64,000 nt of DNA from a virus (IMGVR_UViG_3300031787_000054); one strand, 5' to 3'. Counted from the first letter of the stretch, positions 10,484 to 20,705 are shown. Made by a program: numbers and translations. Notes: a model not told the origin generated them from the letters alone.

Positions 10484-10816
10484 TTATACTCTAATTGTTC
10501 CATCTTTTAGAAAGCAAACAGTATTTGATTTTTCAATTTTTGAATTATCTATCTTATTAACAAAACAATCTCTTTTATATGGATTATATCCTGCTGGTGT
10601 GTTACATATTGTTGTGTCTGTTATATCAGTTAACTCTCCACAAACATAAGCATGTACGTTCTTTCTTTTTTCTCTAAGTACTTTTGCCCTTCCAGCCTTT
10701 TGAACTCTAAATACACAATTAATTAGAACTAATTCATCTAGGTGTTTTATTACTTTACCTTTATATTTAATAGACCATTTATTTTTGTGTAAATTTCTAT
10801 AAACGTGCACAATCAT
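10484..10816 (-). CDS. hypothetical protein
   Basis: 110-aa ORF in operon context. Confidence 0.4.
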   Translation of the reverse strand: MIVHVYRNLHKNKWSIKYKGKVIKHLDELVLINCVFRVQKAGRAKVLREKRKNVHAYVCGELTDITDTTICNTPAGYNPYKRDCFVNKIDNSKIEKSNTVCFLKDGTIRV

Positions 10817-11175
10817 TCTTTTCTCCTTAACTCATGATGTTTACACTCTTCATTTAAACAAAACACCATACTACCAAAAGGTAGCTTATCCACCCTAATC
10901 TCTCCTCCACATTTGGGACAAAAATTAGTATATTGTGTCTTCATTTCTTTTAATGTTTTATCTTTCTTGGCAGCTTCGATTGCATCTTCAACGCTAAATT
11001 CATTCATTGAACCTTTTAGAAATCTCTTTGTCTTATCAAATGCAGATTCTAGTGTTCTTATTTCTGATTTTAGTTGGTTATTTTCTTTCTCTAGTTTTCG
11101 TATCCTTTCTTTTAATTTACTTACTTCTCCATCTTTATCTTCTTTTTCATATGCTCTATGCTTTGATTTACCCAA
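10813..11175 (-). CDS. zinc-ribbon coiled-coil protein
   Basis: CPKCGG...C..EC motif plus a basic coiled-coil N-terminus. Confidence 0.45.
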   Translation of the reverse strand: MGKSKHRAYEKEDKDGEVSKLKERIRKLEKENNQLKSEIRTLESAFDKTKRFLKGSMNEFSVEDAIEAAKKDKTLKEMKTQYTNFCPKCGGEIRVDKLPFGSMVFCLNEECKHHELRRKE

Positions 11176-11185
11176 TTTAAACTCC

Positions 11186-11638
11186 TTATGAGCCTGTTGA
11201 ACCGAACCCTCCAGTACCTCTTTCTGTTGAACTTAATTCAGTGACCTCATTAAATTCTATTTTAGGATAAGGTACTATTATTAACTGTGCAATCCTGTCT
11301 CCTACTTTATATACTTTATTTTCGTTATAAAAAGGATCATTGCTTGTGATTCTAAATTTTAATAATACTTCTGCTCGATATCCACTATCAATAACTCCAA
11401 CATGATTACATAAAATCAAGTCGGTTTTACTTAAACTAGAACGTGGATAAAGTAATCCTGTATACCCTTCTGGTATTTCAAAAACTAATCCTGTTCCATA
11501 TGTTATAATACCTTCATCATTTATAGTTCTACTGGTTGCGACTAAATCTAACCCTGCGTCTCCATTTTTCGCATAACTAGGAATTACGGCTTCTTTTACT
11601 AATTTCTTAATGTTTACTATCATCTTTAATTTCTCCAT
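11186..11638 (-). CDS. dut: dUTP diphosphatase
   Basis: dUTPase motifs present: GDAGLDL, RSS, GxIDxGYRG-like (VIDSGYRAE) and C-terminal GTGGFGSTG. Confidence 0.85.
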   Translation of the reverse strand: MEKLKMIVNIKKLVKEAVIPSYAKNGDAGLDLVATSRTINDEGIITYGTGLVFEIPEGYTGLLYPRSSLSKTDLILCNHVGVIDSGYRAEVLLKFRITSNDPFYNENKVYKVGDRIAQLIIVPYPKIEFNEVTELSSTERGTGGFGSTGS

Positions 11639-12281
11639 ATAAATATGCTCTTTGTCCTAACTTCTCTAATTGTCTAACAGATGATCTTAACTCGCTCATA
11701 GAACCGTTATTTAATAAAACAAAATCATATTCACTATCTTCACCTAGATCATTCTCACTACTATGGGAATCACCTGAACCATCTGCTTCTTCTCTTTTGA
11801 TTCTACAAGTTATTCCACCTAGTTCTTTAATAAACTTACGTTCATGTGAGAATCTCATGTCAGCAATCACTACTGGTGTTTCAATTTGTTTAATCTTATT
11901 ACTAAGAAAAGTAATCCAAAAATTATTATCAAATAATGTTTTTCTAACAATGTCAGTTCCAATTACTTGCATTATTTCTCTTGGAGAAGAAAATGCTATC
12001 TTTTCATCAGTTGGTTGAAACAATGATTCAGTTTTATTAAAGTAATCTAAAATATTATTGTATAAATCTGTTTTATTTAATACTAAAGGTGAACTGAACT
12101 TAGTATCTTTTAATGATTCTTCATAGAAGTTTTTCAATGGAATTCCTGTCATTGCTTGACATAAATGTTTTAAGTCGTCACCAAAACTTAATTTAGTATA
12201 CCCGAATTCCTTTACTAAAATATCAGCAGATGTATCTTTTCCTGAACGTTTTTTACCACCTAAACCAAGAACAAATCCCAT
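11607..12281 (-). CDS. deoxynucleoside monophosphate kinase
   Basis: N-terminal P-loop GLGGKKRSGKDT. Size and layout match T4 gp1-type dNMP kinases. Confidence 0.65.
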   Translation of the reverse strand: MGFVLGLGGKKRSGKDTSADILVKEFGYTKLSFGDDLKHLCQAMTGIPLKNFYEESLKDTKFSSPLVLNKTDLYNNILDYFNKTESLFQPTDEKIAFSSPREIMQVIGTDIVRKTLFDNNFWITFLSNKIKQIETPVVIADMRFSHERKFIKELGGITCRIKREEADGSGDSHSSENDLGEDSEYDFVLLNNGSMSELRSSVRQLEKLGQRAYLYGEIKDDSKH

Positions 12282-12288
12282 ACCCCTC

Positions 12289-13095
12289 CTATTTGTTTTT
12301 AATTTTATTGTAAGAATCCATTGCTCTTTTTACTAACTTAGACTTATCGAATTTAGATAAAGTATCAACAAACAATTCTTCCGTCGCTAATACGTCTAAT
12401 CTATTATATTTATCCATACTATTAAATGCTCTAATGTTGCCATTCATACACTCTCTATGTAAAGCAAATCCGCTGAATTCTGGGTGATTAGATTTAAAAT
12501 ATTTTTTATTAAATCTTTGACTCATATACTCTAAACTATAACTTGGTAATTTCATATGACGTTTAGCTATTACTTTAGTATCTAGTTTACCAAAAGAGTT
12601 TAATTCTGGAAGCCTATGAACTCCTATTCTAAAATTAATAACCTTAATATCAAAAGAATTTGAATTTTGTCCCAAAACTATATCAGCTTCATTGATTAGT
12701 TTCAATAACTTTTTAACTAATGTTTTATCATTCATCAATGCTTTACCTTTCTTATTTCTCTGATCAGCATATAATACTTCATCAGACCCTAACCATTTGG
12801 CTGACCAAGATAGAATAAAGGAATCTTCAATCATTTGATTGATACTAAAGTTCTGATCATAAAGACCAAATCCATATAATGACATTGGTGCTGTCTCAAT
12901 ATCAAATACTAGAACCTTTGGTGTGTATTCTGGAACTTCTGAACAATGATTGTCAATACAGTGTTTAATAGAGTCAACTGAACGATACGACCCAAATCTT
13001 TCACGATAAGCCTTAGCTATGCTAAATCTAGTCATACCTTTTTCTAAACATCTTTGTACGAAATTAATTTGTACTTTTTTCCATTCTTCTTTCAT
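12289..13095 (-). CDS. DEDD-type 3'-5' exonuclease
   Basis: Exo I-like FDIETAP and Exo II-like GQNSNSFD motifs. Confidence 0.5.
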   Translation of the reverse strand: MKEEWKKVQINFVQRCLEKGMTRFSIAKAYRERFGSYRSVDSIKHCIDNHCSEVPEYTPKVLVFDIETAPMSLYGFGLYDQNFSINQMIEDSFILSWSAKWLGSDEVLYADQRNKKGKALMNDKTLVKKLLKLINEADIVLGQNSNSFDIKVINFRIGVHRLPELNSFGKLDTKVIAKRHMKLPSYSLEYMSQRFNKKYFKSNHPEFSGFALHRECMNGNIRAFNSMDKYNRLDVLATEELFVDTLSKFDKSKLVKRAMDSYNKIKNK

Positions 13096-13346
13096 TCAAT
13101 ACTCTCTTTTTCTATTAAATCATTAATTCTATCTATTTCATCTCTAAAGCTTTTCATTCGACTTGAATACTCTGATCTAATATAGTTTAATTCGTTTGCT
13201 ATATACTTTAACCTTGAATCCTTTGTGTCTGGTCTATTTAGAATTTGTAAACACGTTTGTATATTCTTTAAACTAACTTCCATTGCTTTTATACTTCTAA
13301 TAAGTTCTTTCTTTCTTTTTCTGGTTGCTAGATTGTGAACACCCAT
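13092..13346 (-). CDS. hypothetical protein
   Basis: 84-aa ORF immediately downstream of a conserved promoter. Confidence 0.4.
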   Translation of the reverse strand: MGVHNLATRKRKKELIRSIKAMEVSLKNIQTCLQILNRPDTKDSRLKYIANELNYIRSEYSSRMKSFRDEIDRINDLIEKESIE

Positions 13347-13360
13347 TAAAACTCCTAGAG

Positions 13361-13396
13361 TTTACTATACCATACTTTTGTTTATTTGTCAAGCAA
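13361..13396 (-). promoter_or_regulatory. conserved promoter copy
   Basis: TTGACA (13392-13387), 17-nt spacer, TATAGT (13369-13364). Confidence 0.6.
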
Positions 13397-15542
13397 TATT
13401 TAATACCTGATCAATAACTTTTAAATTCTTTTTAAGTGAGTAGTTAGGAAAATGTGTTTTAATATCAAAAATTGTATCGAATACTGAAATTGTATCGTAT
13501 ATGTTTTTATATAGTCTGGATTTATTATATTCACCTTTAAAGTCTTCAACTAGACACAGAGTGTCGTCTTCTTTGTAGAAAACAAAAAACCTATCGCCTT
13601 CCACATAGTTTGATTCTTTAATAGCGTCTAATACTTTGGTCTCGTTTGTTCTTTCAGATTCCATCATAGTACTTGATAATGTTTTTCTTGCTGCCCATCT
13701 TTTGATATCTGTAACATTAGAAGCTTCTTTAATATAATTAATATATAGTTGTTTAAGTTCTTCGAATGGACCACCGTAAAGTATGTGTTTTATAATAATT
13801 TTAATCATTTCTTTTAGGGCAGAACATTTAGTTGAAGCTTTTAATGCTGAACCTTTAACTGTTATTTTATCACCTTCACGATAAGCATAATTTTTTGCTT
13901 TTACAACCATAATCGAATCATATACTGAATCTAATTCAAACTTAATTTCTTTAGGTAATAACTCATTAATTTCAGTAATTAGTTTATCTATTTCTTGTTT
14001 ATTAAATTCTTGTCCATTTTTCCATATAGTTATAGAATCTGTGTCTACTTTAGGAACACTAAATCCTTTTGATTCTGCCCAATTAATGGAATATGTTAGT
14101 ATTTCTCGTCCACGTCTGGTTACTTCTGCTGCACCCGCTGGGAAGTTAAAATTTAGTCCTTGTGCACCCATGAATCCATACAGAGAATTTATCAGAATTT
14201 TCTGGCTGGTATCTAGGTGTTTATATAAATTATTGCCTGTCTCTTTTGCTAATTTTTTATTCTTTAATCTTTCAGCCCTTAAATATTCCAATAGTTTGAG
14301 CATGTGACAATTAGGGTCTTTTTCTTTACTATATATTTGATATTCAAGCATCACAGATGGATATAGTGAAGCAATATCGAAAGACACAGCGTTTTGATAC
14401 ACACCAGGATTTCCGTATGAGATTGCTCCTTCGTATTCGACAGGACCATCTTCTTTAGGAATACTATGTTTGTTTTGTAAATAACTTCTAACCATTAGCG
14501 AATTTAATTGACTACCGCTGGCACTTTCAACAATTAATTGAAAAGTTTTAGGAATCATTTGAGTCATATAAAAGAAAGGGGCAGACATTAAATCATATAA
14601 TGCTAAAGAATCGTCACTGTCGTCTTCACAATATACTTTTATTTTTTCCCATTCTTCAGGAATTAAATAATTATGTCTTATTTGACTAGCATCATAATGT
14701 ACTCTTTTTTCTTTCTCTAGACCTTCGACTTTAATAATAGATTTTAACGCATATGACTCATATTTTTTAGTTGCAGTATCATATCTGTAAGCTAAAAACA
14801 TTGTATCAATTAGGTCTCTTCCATGTATTTTACATTTATTGTAATGTAAATCTCTACTACCATCTACTCTGAATTTAGATTCACGTTTAGCTCTAGTCAT
14901 CGCTGAACCGTCTCTACCTAGATTAAGTTCATATCCGTGTCTTTCTGAACAGAATAACATATACGGTAAGTCATATCCAAAGATATTGTGACCAATTATT
15001 ATTGCTGGGTCCATTGAACAAACCCAAGAACACCAATCTGCAACCATTTCACCACAATTATTATAATCAGTGTAACTGAACAATTTTTTAATTACAATTC
15101 CGTTTTTTCTGAATGTATTAGAAATTAATAATACTTTCGAGTCGTGATTGTGTTCCAACCCTGTGCCTTCTATATCGAAGCTTAACATAGGTAATTCAGT
15201 GTTTGTTAGACCTTTGTAATACGTTAATCCGTCTTTCAACATAAACGCTTCTTGGTCATTATAAACACTATATATATCTTCGTTACGATATTTAATTCTT
15301 GCTTCTTCTAACTCTGATTTATTTTTAAATTGTTTTCCAAACTTATAATGTAAATCACCATCTAATCTAACAAAGTCATTTCCTATCTTCCTATCACTAA
15401 GAAGCCAGAAACGATTAGACATATACTGTAAATGAGTTTTGAAGTTCTCGTCTACAGTATACACTAACGCTTTATCATTTTGAATTTCAATTGAAACAAT
15501 TCTTTCTAGAGAATTCTTTCCATAGATTAATGACTGTGACAT
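13389..15542 (-). CDS. family B DNA polymerase
   Basis: Exo I FDIEGTG. Motif A DIASLYPSVM. Motif B KILINSLYGFMG. Motif C KVDTDSITI. Confidence 0.9.
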   Translation of the reverse strand: MSQSLIYGKNSLERIVSIEIQNDKALVYTVDENFKTHLQYMSNRFWLLSDRKIGNDFVRLDGDLHYKFGKQFKNKSELEEARIKYRNEDIYSVYNDQEAFMLKDGLTYYKGLTNTELPMLSFDIEGTGLEHNHDSKVLLISNTFRKNGIVIKKLFSYTDYNNCGEMVADWCSWVCSMDPAIIIGHNIFGYDLPYMLFCSERHGYELNLGRDGSAMTRAKRESKFRVDGSRDLHYNKCKIHGRDLIDTMFLAYRYDTATKKYESYALKSIIKVEGLEKEKRVHYDASQIRHNYLIPEEWEKIKVYCEDDSDDSLALYDLMSAPFFYMTQMIPKTFQLIVESASGSQLNSLMVRSYLQNKHSIPKEDGPVEYEGAISYGNPGVYQNAVSFDIASLYPSVMLEYQIYSKEKDPNCHMLKLLEYLRAERLKNKKLAKETGNNLYKHLDTSQKILINSLYGFMGAQGLNFNFPAGAAEVTRRGREILTYSINWAESKGFSVPKVDTDSITIWKNGQEFNKQEIDKLITEINELLPKEIKFELDSVYDSIMVVKAKNYAYREGDKITVKGSALKASTKCSALKEMIKIIIKHILYGGPFEELKQLYINYIKEASNVTDIKRWAARKTLSSTMMESERTNETKVLDAIKESNYVEGDRFFVFYKEDDTLCLVEDFKGEYNKSRLYKNIYDTISVFDTIFDIKTHFPNYSLKKNLKVIDQVLNIA

Positions 15543-15661
15543 TAATTCTCTTTAGTTTGTTCTTTTTCTAGTTCTTCTAAAGCTAATTCAAACCATGATT
15601 TTTCATCCGTTGGTTTTCTTAAAATAATGTCGAATAAAGGCATTGGGTTTTGATCTTTCAT
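15542..15661 (-). CDS. small leader ORF translationally coupled to the DNA polymerase gene
   Basis: 39-aa ORF, not in the supplied track. Preceded by a GGAGG RBS. Its stop overlaps the polymerase start (TAATG). Located just downstream of the promoter at 15680-15708. Confidence 0.3.
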   Translation of the reverse strand: MKDQNPMPLFDIILRKPTDEKSWFELALEELEKEQTKEN

Positions 15662-15676
15662 AGGTCCTCCTAATAT

Positions 15677-15712
15677 GGTACTATATCATAAAACATGATT
15701 TTTGTCAAGTGT
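15677..15712 (-). promoter_or_regulatory. conserved promoter copy upstream of the DNA polymerase operon
   Basis: TTGACA (15708-15703), 17-nt spacer, TATAGT (15685-15680). Confidence 0.6.
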
Positions 15713-15716
15713 TATT

Positions 15717-17672
15717 TTAGTCCCATCCTGAATCATTGTCTTTGTTTTCTTTTTTGAGCTTTAATAATTCTTTTAATTCTTGTCTTTCAACATCTTCAAG
15801 TTCACTAATTTCTCCTGTTTTACCTTTCCACCCGAACTCTAGTCTATCTAATTCACCTAGATCATTCTTTAAAATATTCATTACCATATACTTATCTAAC
15901 TCTTTAGTTGATGGAGTATAAAATGGTCTAGATAAACTTATAATACCTCTGAATGATTGATACAAGAATGAACTACCTTTAATTGATGTATAGCTCGTTA
16001 TCTCTGTGTCTGGTCCACTTCCCAAGCTAAATTTATTAGGTTGACAAAGAACAATAGCTGCGACATCTAAATCATTCACTAAGTCTTGAATTTCATTTGC
16101 TATTTTCTTAGAAGCAGCAGTATCGTCTGATACGTCAGTATTTACTCTCTCGAAGTAGTCTAACATAACAAATCGGACTTTCTCGCCCGTTGTTTGTTCA
16201 ACCTCTTGAATATAATTTCGGATACTAGCAATAGTAGCTGAGCTTCTGTCGTAAAACCAAACGTTTCCATATCGTTCTCTGATCAAGTTCATTAATTCTT
16301 TTTGTCTAGGATTGTTTGTTTTGAAAATGTGGTATACTTCTTCTCTAGGTAATCCTGTTACTTTGTATAATAGCTTTTCAAATAACCTATTTCTGTGCAT
16401 ATCTAACGATGCAAACACACTAGTTATACCTTGTTTAGACGTATTCTCTAGTATATTCAAGGCGAGTGCAGTTTTTCCCGCACCAGGGGCAGCTACAATA
16501 CCGACATTAGAACCAACCGTAATAGGCATTGTTCTATCTAAGCTTTTAATACCTGTTTTGATTGTATTCTTTTCTATGTTTTGAACAAACGAAACGAATT
16601 GTGATTCAATTTCACTAATTTTCATTGGTTCAACATCTAAATCAATCTTATTCTTAACACCCATACTAGAAGCATATATTGCTAACCAATTAGTAGGGTC
16701 TTTGGTTGTGAATTGTCCACCTTTCCATGTTTCAGAAAACACTTGACTAATGATTAAATCGATTTCAGAATCAGGAAATTCTTCTTCTCCTGTTCTTTTA
16801 GATTGGATTTCAGCAACACCAGTTAGTAGATTTTTTACATGTTCTTCTGCGTATCCGACATTTCGATATGTAGCAGCTAGGCATAACATAGCGTGATTTC
16901 TTTGACCTGTTTTAAAGAAACCATTAGCTAATAACCATCTAGCTTCATCTAGATATTTAGGTTTTGTTTTCATGTCGATAGTTGTGTGATCAAAACTATA
17001 CTCAGCTTCTGTTTCTTTCTTCTTTTCAGGTACTTTAATATTTTTCATATCATCTGGTAAGTCGACTTGTGTACTTTCAACTTGAATGTTTCTTTGATTT
17101 TTAGCTAGTTCAGTTATCTGAGTGATTGGTAGTTCATCTAACTCATATAAATGAAGTGGAATCTTGTATAATCCAGATTTCTGATGTTTAGTGTTCGGTA
17201 AACGAATAATTCTATTAGGGTCGTTCACCACCTTATCAAACGTTTTCAAGTCCCCTGCAACATCAAACACAATAGCTTTAAATGTTGACGGAGTAATACT
17301 ATCATTCAACTGTACTTCCAAAGAGAATCCCTTGTTTCCAGTGAAGTGAGCTACAATAGATTGCTCTGGAATACCTCTATCAATCAATCTATGTGCTGTA
17401 ACAATAGCATCTTGTCGAGCAAGTTCTAAACTATCTTTACTATCAAAGTCGAAGTATAATATATTGGTTACAGTATCTTCAATCCCTGAAACAGTTCCAG
17501 TAGTAGATACTATTTTTTTATGATTTTGATTATATAAAAACAAACTACGATACCAATCTTTAGATTTATCTTTGATTAAATTCTGATACTCATTAGCTGC
17601 GACTAGATTAGCTTTACTAGTTAATCCCTCACGGAGATTTACAAACTTCATTTCTTCCTCCAAATTATTCAT
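15717..17672 (-). CDS. bifunctional primase-polymerase (AEP) / DnaB-like helicase
   Basis: N-terminal AEP motifs YFDFDSKD, FTGNKGFS and RLPNTKHQK. C-terminal Walker A GIVAAPGAGKTALALN as in SF4 DnaB-like helicases. Confidence 0.8.
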   Translation of the reverse strand: MNNLEEEMKFVNLREGLTSKANLVAANEYQNLIKDKSKDWYRSLFLYNQNHKKIVSTTGTVSGIEDTVTNILYFDFDSKDSLELARQDAIVTAHRLIDRGIPEQSIVAHFTGNKGFSLEVQLNDSITPSTFKAIVFDVAGDLKTFDKVVNDPNRIIRLPNTKHQKSGLYKIPLHLYELDELPITQITELAKNQRNIQVESTQVDLPDDMKNIKVPEKKKETEAEYSFDHTTIDMKTKPKYLDEARWLLANGFFKTGQRNHAMLCLAATYRNVGYAEEHVKNLLTGVAEIQSKRTGEEEFPDSEIDLIISQVFSETWKGGQFTTKDPTNWLAIYASSMGVKNKIDLDVEPMKISEIESQFVSFVQNIEKNTIKTGIKSLDRTMPITVGSNVGIVAAPGAGKTALALNILENTSKQGITSVFASLDMHRNRLFEKLLYKVTGLPREEVYHIFKTNNPRQKELMNLIRERYGNVWFYDRSSATIASIRNYIQEVEQTTGEKVRFVMLDYFERVNTDVSDDTAASKKIANEIQDLVNDLDVAAIVLCQPNKFSLGSGPDTEITSYTSIKGSSFLYQSFRGIISLSRPFYTPSTKELDKYMVMNILKNDLGELDRLEFGWKGKTGEISELEDVERQELKELLKLKKENKDNDSGWD

Positions 17673-17692
17673 AATAGTCCTCCCTTTTAATA

Positions 17693-17760
17693 AGCTCCTT
17701 AAAGCGTAATTACTGCCTTAAGGAGCACTCGATTCGTAGTAGGTGGAGGTATCCTACTAA
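17693..17760. other. two adjacent hairpins between the primase-helicase start and the upstream gene
   Basis: GCTCCTTAA...TTAAGGAGC (9 bp) and GTAGTAGG...CCTACTA (7 bp). Confidence 0.4.
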
Positions 17761-18023
17761 TCCTTTGTTACTTGTATAATTTCAAACCTAACGTAATCTT
17801 TCATTTCATTAGCGTAACTAATCTGTTTTTTGGCATAATCTTCTGTTATCTTACCATCATTTAAAGCTTTAGTAATGCCTTCAATTTTTGATTTCTTACT
17901 TTCTAACTGTAAGAATACTTTCTTAGAACCTTCGGGAATTTTAATATCTCTAAAGATTTCAACATAATCTGATTCACCTGCGTTCTTTGATTTCTTAATT
18001 TCTCCAACTTTTCTTCTAGCCAT
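17757..18023 (-). CDS. hypothetical protein
   Basis: 88-aa ORF. Confidence 0.4.
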   Translation of the reverse strand: MARRKVGEIKKSKNAGESDYVEIFRDIKIPEGSKKVFLQLESKKSKIEGITKALNDGKITEDYAKKQISYANEMKDYVRFEIIQVTKD

Positions 18024-18468
18024 TGTTTTCTCCTTCGTTTATAATTTCCAGGTCTTTCTTTTCTTGTTCTGTTAGTTCGACATTAGGGTCTGCTGCTTTT
18101 TGTAATAAGTCTCTTGCTTCGTTATATGTCTGCATCATCATTAAGAACTTACATTCTAAAGCATAGTTACCTAGTTCTAATAACATTTTTTCTGTTTTAT
18201 TTAACTTGTAGGCAGCGTCTGTTAAGTCTTTATCTACTAGAGCCTTAAGTAATCTTTTTGCTCCTCTTGACGATAAAAAATCAACACCTTGTCTGAATTT
18301 TGTTGAGTATAATCCATAACCTAAACTAGCGGTAGCTAATGGGTCATTTGCTCTAGCTTCTGCTTCCTGTAAAAGCTTTTCTTCTTCTACTTTAACGTCT
18401 AACTGTTGCAATTGTTGCTCTTCTGTTACATTATTTTCTTCTGACATATAATTCCTTTTTATTGCCAA
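18016..18468 (-). CDS. hypothetical protein
   Basis: 150-aa ORF, acidic and helical. Confidence 0.4.
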   Translation of the reverse strand: MAIKRNYMSEENNVTEEQQLQQLDVKVEEEKLLQEAEARANDPLATASLGYGLYSTKFRQGVDFLSSRGAKRLLKALVDKDLTDAAYKLNKTEKMLLELGNYALECKFLMMMQTYNEARDLLQKAADPNVELTEQEKKDLEIINEGENNG

Positions 18469-18965
18469 CCATCATCATTTGTTTGTGTTTCTTTAGCTGG
18501 CGTAGCTGGTGGAGATTTACTTGGTTTAGAAAACCCAGAAGGTTTAGGTTGGGCTTCTTGTTGAGGAGGTTTACTAGCTTGTGTATCAGCTAGGGGTGAG
18601 TCTACGATTCTTTCACCCTCATCCAAATCAGCTAAAGCAAATGCTGTTCCATAATTACAAAGAGCTAAACATCTACCAATTGAACCTGTTTCAGCTTTCT
18701 CTGTGTGATCTGAAAAATCTTTCTTTGTTTCACGCTTTGTTGCTGAAACTTGTTTGATAATATTACCGTCTTTATCTTTGATTTTGATTGTACTTTTTGC
18801 TACAGTTTGATCTTCTGTTAATAGCAAGAACTCAGTACTGATTTCAAAATTATCTACTTCCTCGTTGAACCACACTAGACGATGTGCAACAAGCATGTAG
18901 CTTTTACCTTTAAGATTAACAAGAGGTAGGTCTGTCCCTTTCTTTGTTTTTACAATCTTACTCAT
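18459..18965 (-). CDS. hypothetical protein (possible ssDNA-binding protein)
   Basis: 168 aa. Pro/Gln-rich C-terminal tail ending in an acidic DDGWQ. Lies in the replication module. Function is a guess. Confidence 0.3.
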   Translation of the reverse strand: MSKIVKTKKGTDLPLVNLKGKSYMLVAHRLVWFNEEVDNFEISTEFLLLTEDQTVAKSTIKIKDKDGNIIKQVSATKRETKKDFSDHTEKAETGSIGRCLALCNYGTAFALADLDEGERIVDSPLADTQASKPPQQEAQPKPSGFSKPSKSPPATPAKETQTNDDGWQ

Positions 18966-18976
18966 ATCTCTCCTTA

Positions 18977-19213
18977 TTAAAATAACCCTTCACGAATTAC
19001 TGACATTTTAAATCTTTCAACGGCTACCTGCTTTTCAACATCTTCACCTAAAACTTCTGGTACACCAGCTATACCTGCGTCAATACTAAACGGAACTTTA
19101 ATAGTTTTAAAAACGCCGTTATGTTTCACTAAACCAATAGCAACATTACTAAGTTCTGTTAGTTGTTCTGATTCTTGTTCTGTTTCAATTGTTTGTTCTT
19201 TCTTTTTTGACAT
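18977..19213 (-). CDS. hypothetical protein
   Basis: 78-aa ORF directly downstream of a conserved promoter. Confidence 0.4.
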   Translation of the reverse strand: MSKKKEQTIETEQESEQLTELSNVAIGLVKHNGVFKTIKVPFSIDAGIAGVPEVLGEDVEKQVAVERFKMSVIREGLF

Positions 19214-19230
19214 ATTCGTCCTTTGTTAAA

Positions 19231-19266
19231 ATTACTATATCATACTTTTGTTTATTTGTCAAGAAC
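19231..19266 (-). promoter_or_regulatory. conserved promoter copy
   Basis: TTGACA (19262-19257), 17-nt spacer, TATAGT (19239-19234). Confidence 0.6.
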
Positions 19267-19433
19267 TATTTACATTAAAAAATATGCTATTAAAAATACC
19301 CACCCAGCTAAAGTATATGGTCTTCCTTCTGATTGTTGTTCTTTTGATTTAGGGAAAATACCACCTTGTTTAATCATTGCTATAATAAAGAAAACTAAAG
19401 CGGTTGCATTTAGTAACATTTTGTAATTAGTCA

Positions 19434-20417
19434 TTATATCTCCTCTTTAATAACTTTTCTATATATATCTAAAATAATATGGTTTATTTCTATACTATCT
19501 GGTAAATTTGAATGTTGTTTAATTTCAAGTAGTTCTTTTAATCCTTTTTCTATTTCAGGTTGAACTATTGTTGTGAAATCTAATTCTCCTTTTTTAACCA
19601 ATAATATAAAGTCTCTTTGTTCTTTTTCTAACGGAAAAGCTAAAGAACCTGTTGTCAATAATACCTTTCCTTGGTGTATAACACGTAAGGCATGACTGAC
19701 AGCTTTCCAATCTACGCCTTGGTTCATTTTAGCTAATTTACTTCTTGTACCAAATTCATCGTACGCTTTTTGTAAAGAATTGATAACGTAATCAATCGTT
19801 GAAAACATTGGATACTTTTTACCAATAACTTCAAAATGTTCGTCATATCCTTCATTTAAATCATTTTTAACTTTAGGAACTTGAACAATATGAACATATT
19901 CTAATTTAGTTAGTTCTAATAATTGATTTCTAAAATTAAATAACTTATTAGAATAAGGATAAGTTTCTTTATAATTCTTTAAAGTTTCAAGTACCTTCTC
20001 TACTGAACCCATTCTAGTCCCACGAATACCGTATTTAGCTGCTTGTTGTTTAGCATATCCAATAAAACTAACTACATTCTTATGTACTAATTCATTTCTT
20101 TTTGAAACAATCTCATCCCATAGTGGGTGTTTCTCTAGAATAAATTCATCGGGAGTAAACAATAATTCGATTGCTACTGTTTGTCCTTCTTTTAGCATGT
20201 TCATAAACTTATCTAATGAAAATAATTCAGTGTCTATATCAGAGCTGTTATTTTTATTATTTGAATTATTAGTACTTTGATTAATACTTTTATTAAATTT
20301 ACCTAGTAATATGTCGTCAGCAGATGGTAAGTACACGCCTTTATAATCTTTGTCTGATTTCTCGGTATTTAGTCCAAATAAATGTGACCCAGCTATAGCT
20401 TTCATTATTATTTTCAT
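19434..20417 (-). CDS. Pol-beta-superfamily nucleotidyltransferase-fold protein
   Basis: N-terminal GS-x11-DxD (AGSHLFGLNTEKSDKD) plus a downstream acidic DTE, typical of the minimal NTase fold. Interrupted by an Asn/Ser-rich low-complexity insert. Confidence 0.5.
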   Translation of the reverse strand: MKIIMKAIAGSHLFGLNTEKSDKDYKGVYLPSADDILLGKFNKSINQSTNNSNNKNNSSDIDTELFSLDKFMNMLKEGQTVAIELLFTPDEFILEKHPLWDEIVSKRNELVHKNVVSFIGYAKQQAAKYGIRGTRMGSVEKVLETLKNYKETYPYSNKLFNFRNQLLELTKLEYVHIVQVPKVKNDLNEGYDEHFEVIGKKYPMFSTIDYVINSLQKAYDEFGTRSKLAKMNQGVDWKAVSHALRVIHQGKVLLTTGSLAFPLEKEQRDFILLVKKGELDFTTIVQPEIEKGLKELLEIKQHSNLPDSIEINHIILDIYRKVIKEEI

Positions 20418-20705
20418 CTAGTTATTCTCCTTCTGGCTCCCATCTACCATCAATTCTACTTGCAGCTCTAGCTCCTCCAATTCCTTTATTTTTATGGAAT
20501 ATAGTATATAACTTGGAGGTAACATACCAATTTGTTCTAATCTATTTAAAATTTTATCAGCATCTTGTATATCTCTACCGTCATTGCAATAATGATTTCC
20601 TGTAAGTCTTAATACATTAACTATATTTTGTATAGCTTCACTTCTTTTCACAAACTCTCCCATAATACAAAGAGTCGTATACAACTTCTTTCCCATAGCT
20701 CGCAT
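20418..20705 (-). CDS. hypothetical protein
   Basis: 95-aa ORF. Confidence 0.35.
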   Translation of the reverse strand: MRAMGKKLYTTLCIMGEFVKRSEAIQNIVNVLRLTGNHYCNDGRDIQDADKILNRLEQIGMLPPSYILYSIKIKELEELELQVELMVDGSQKENN

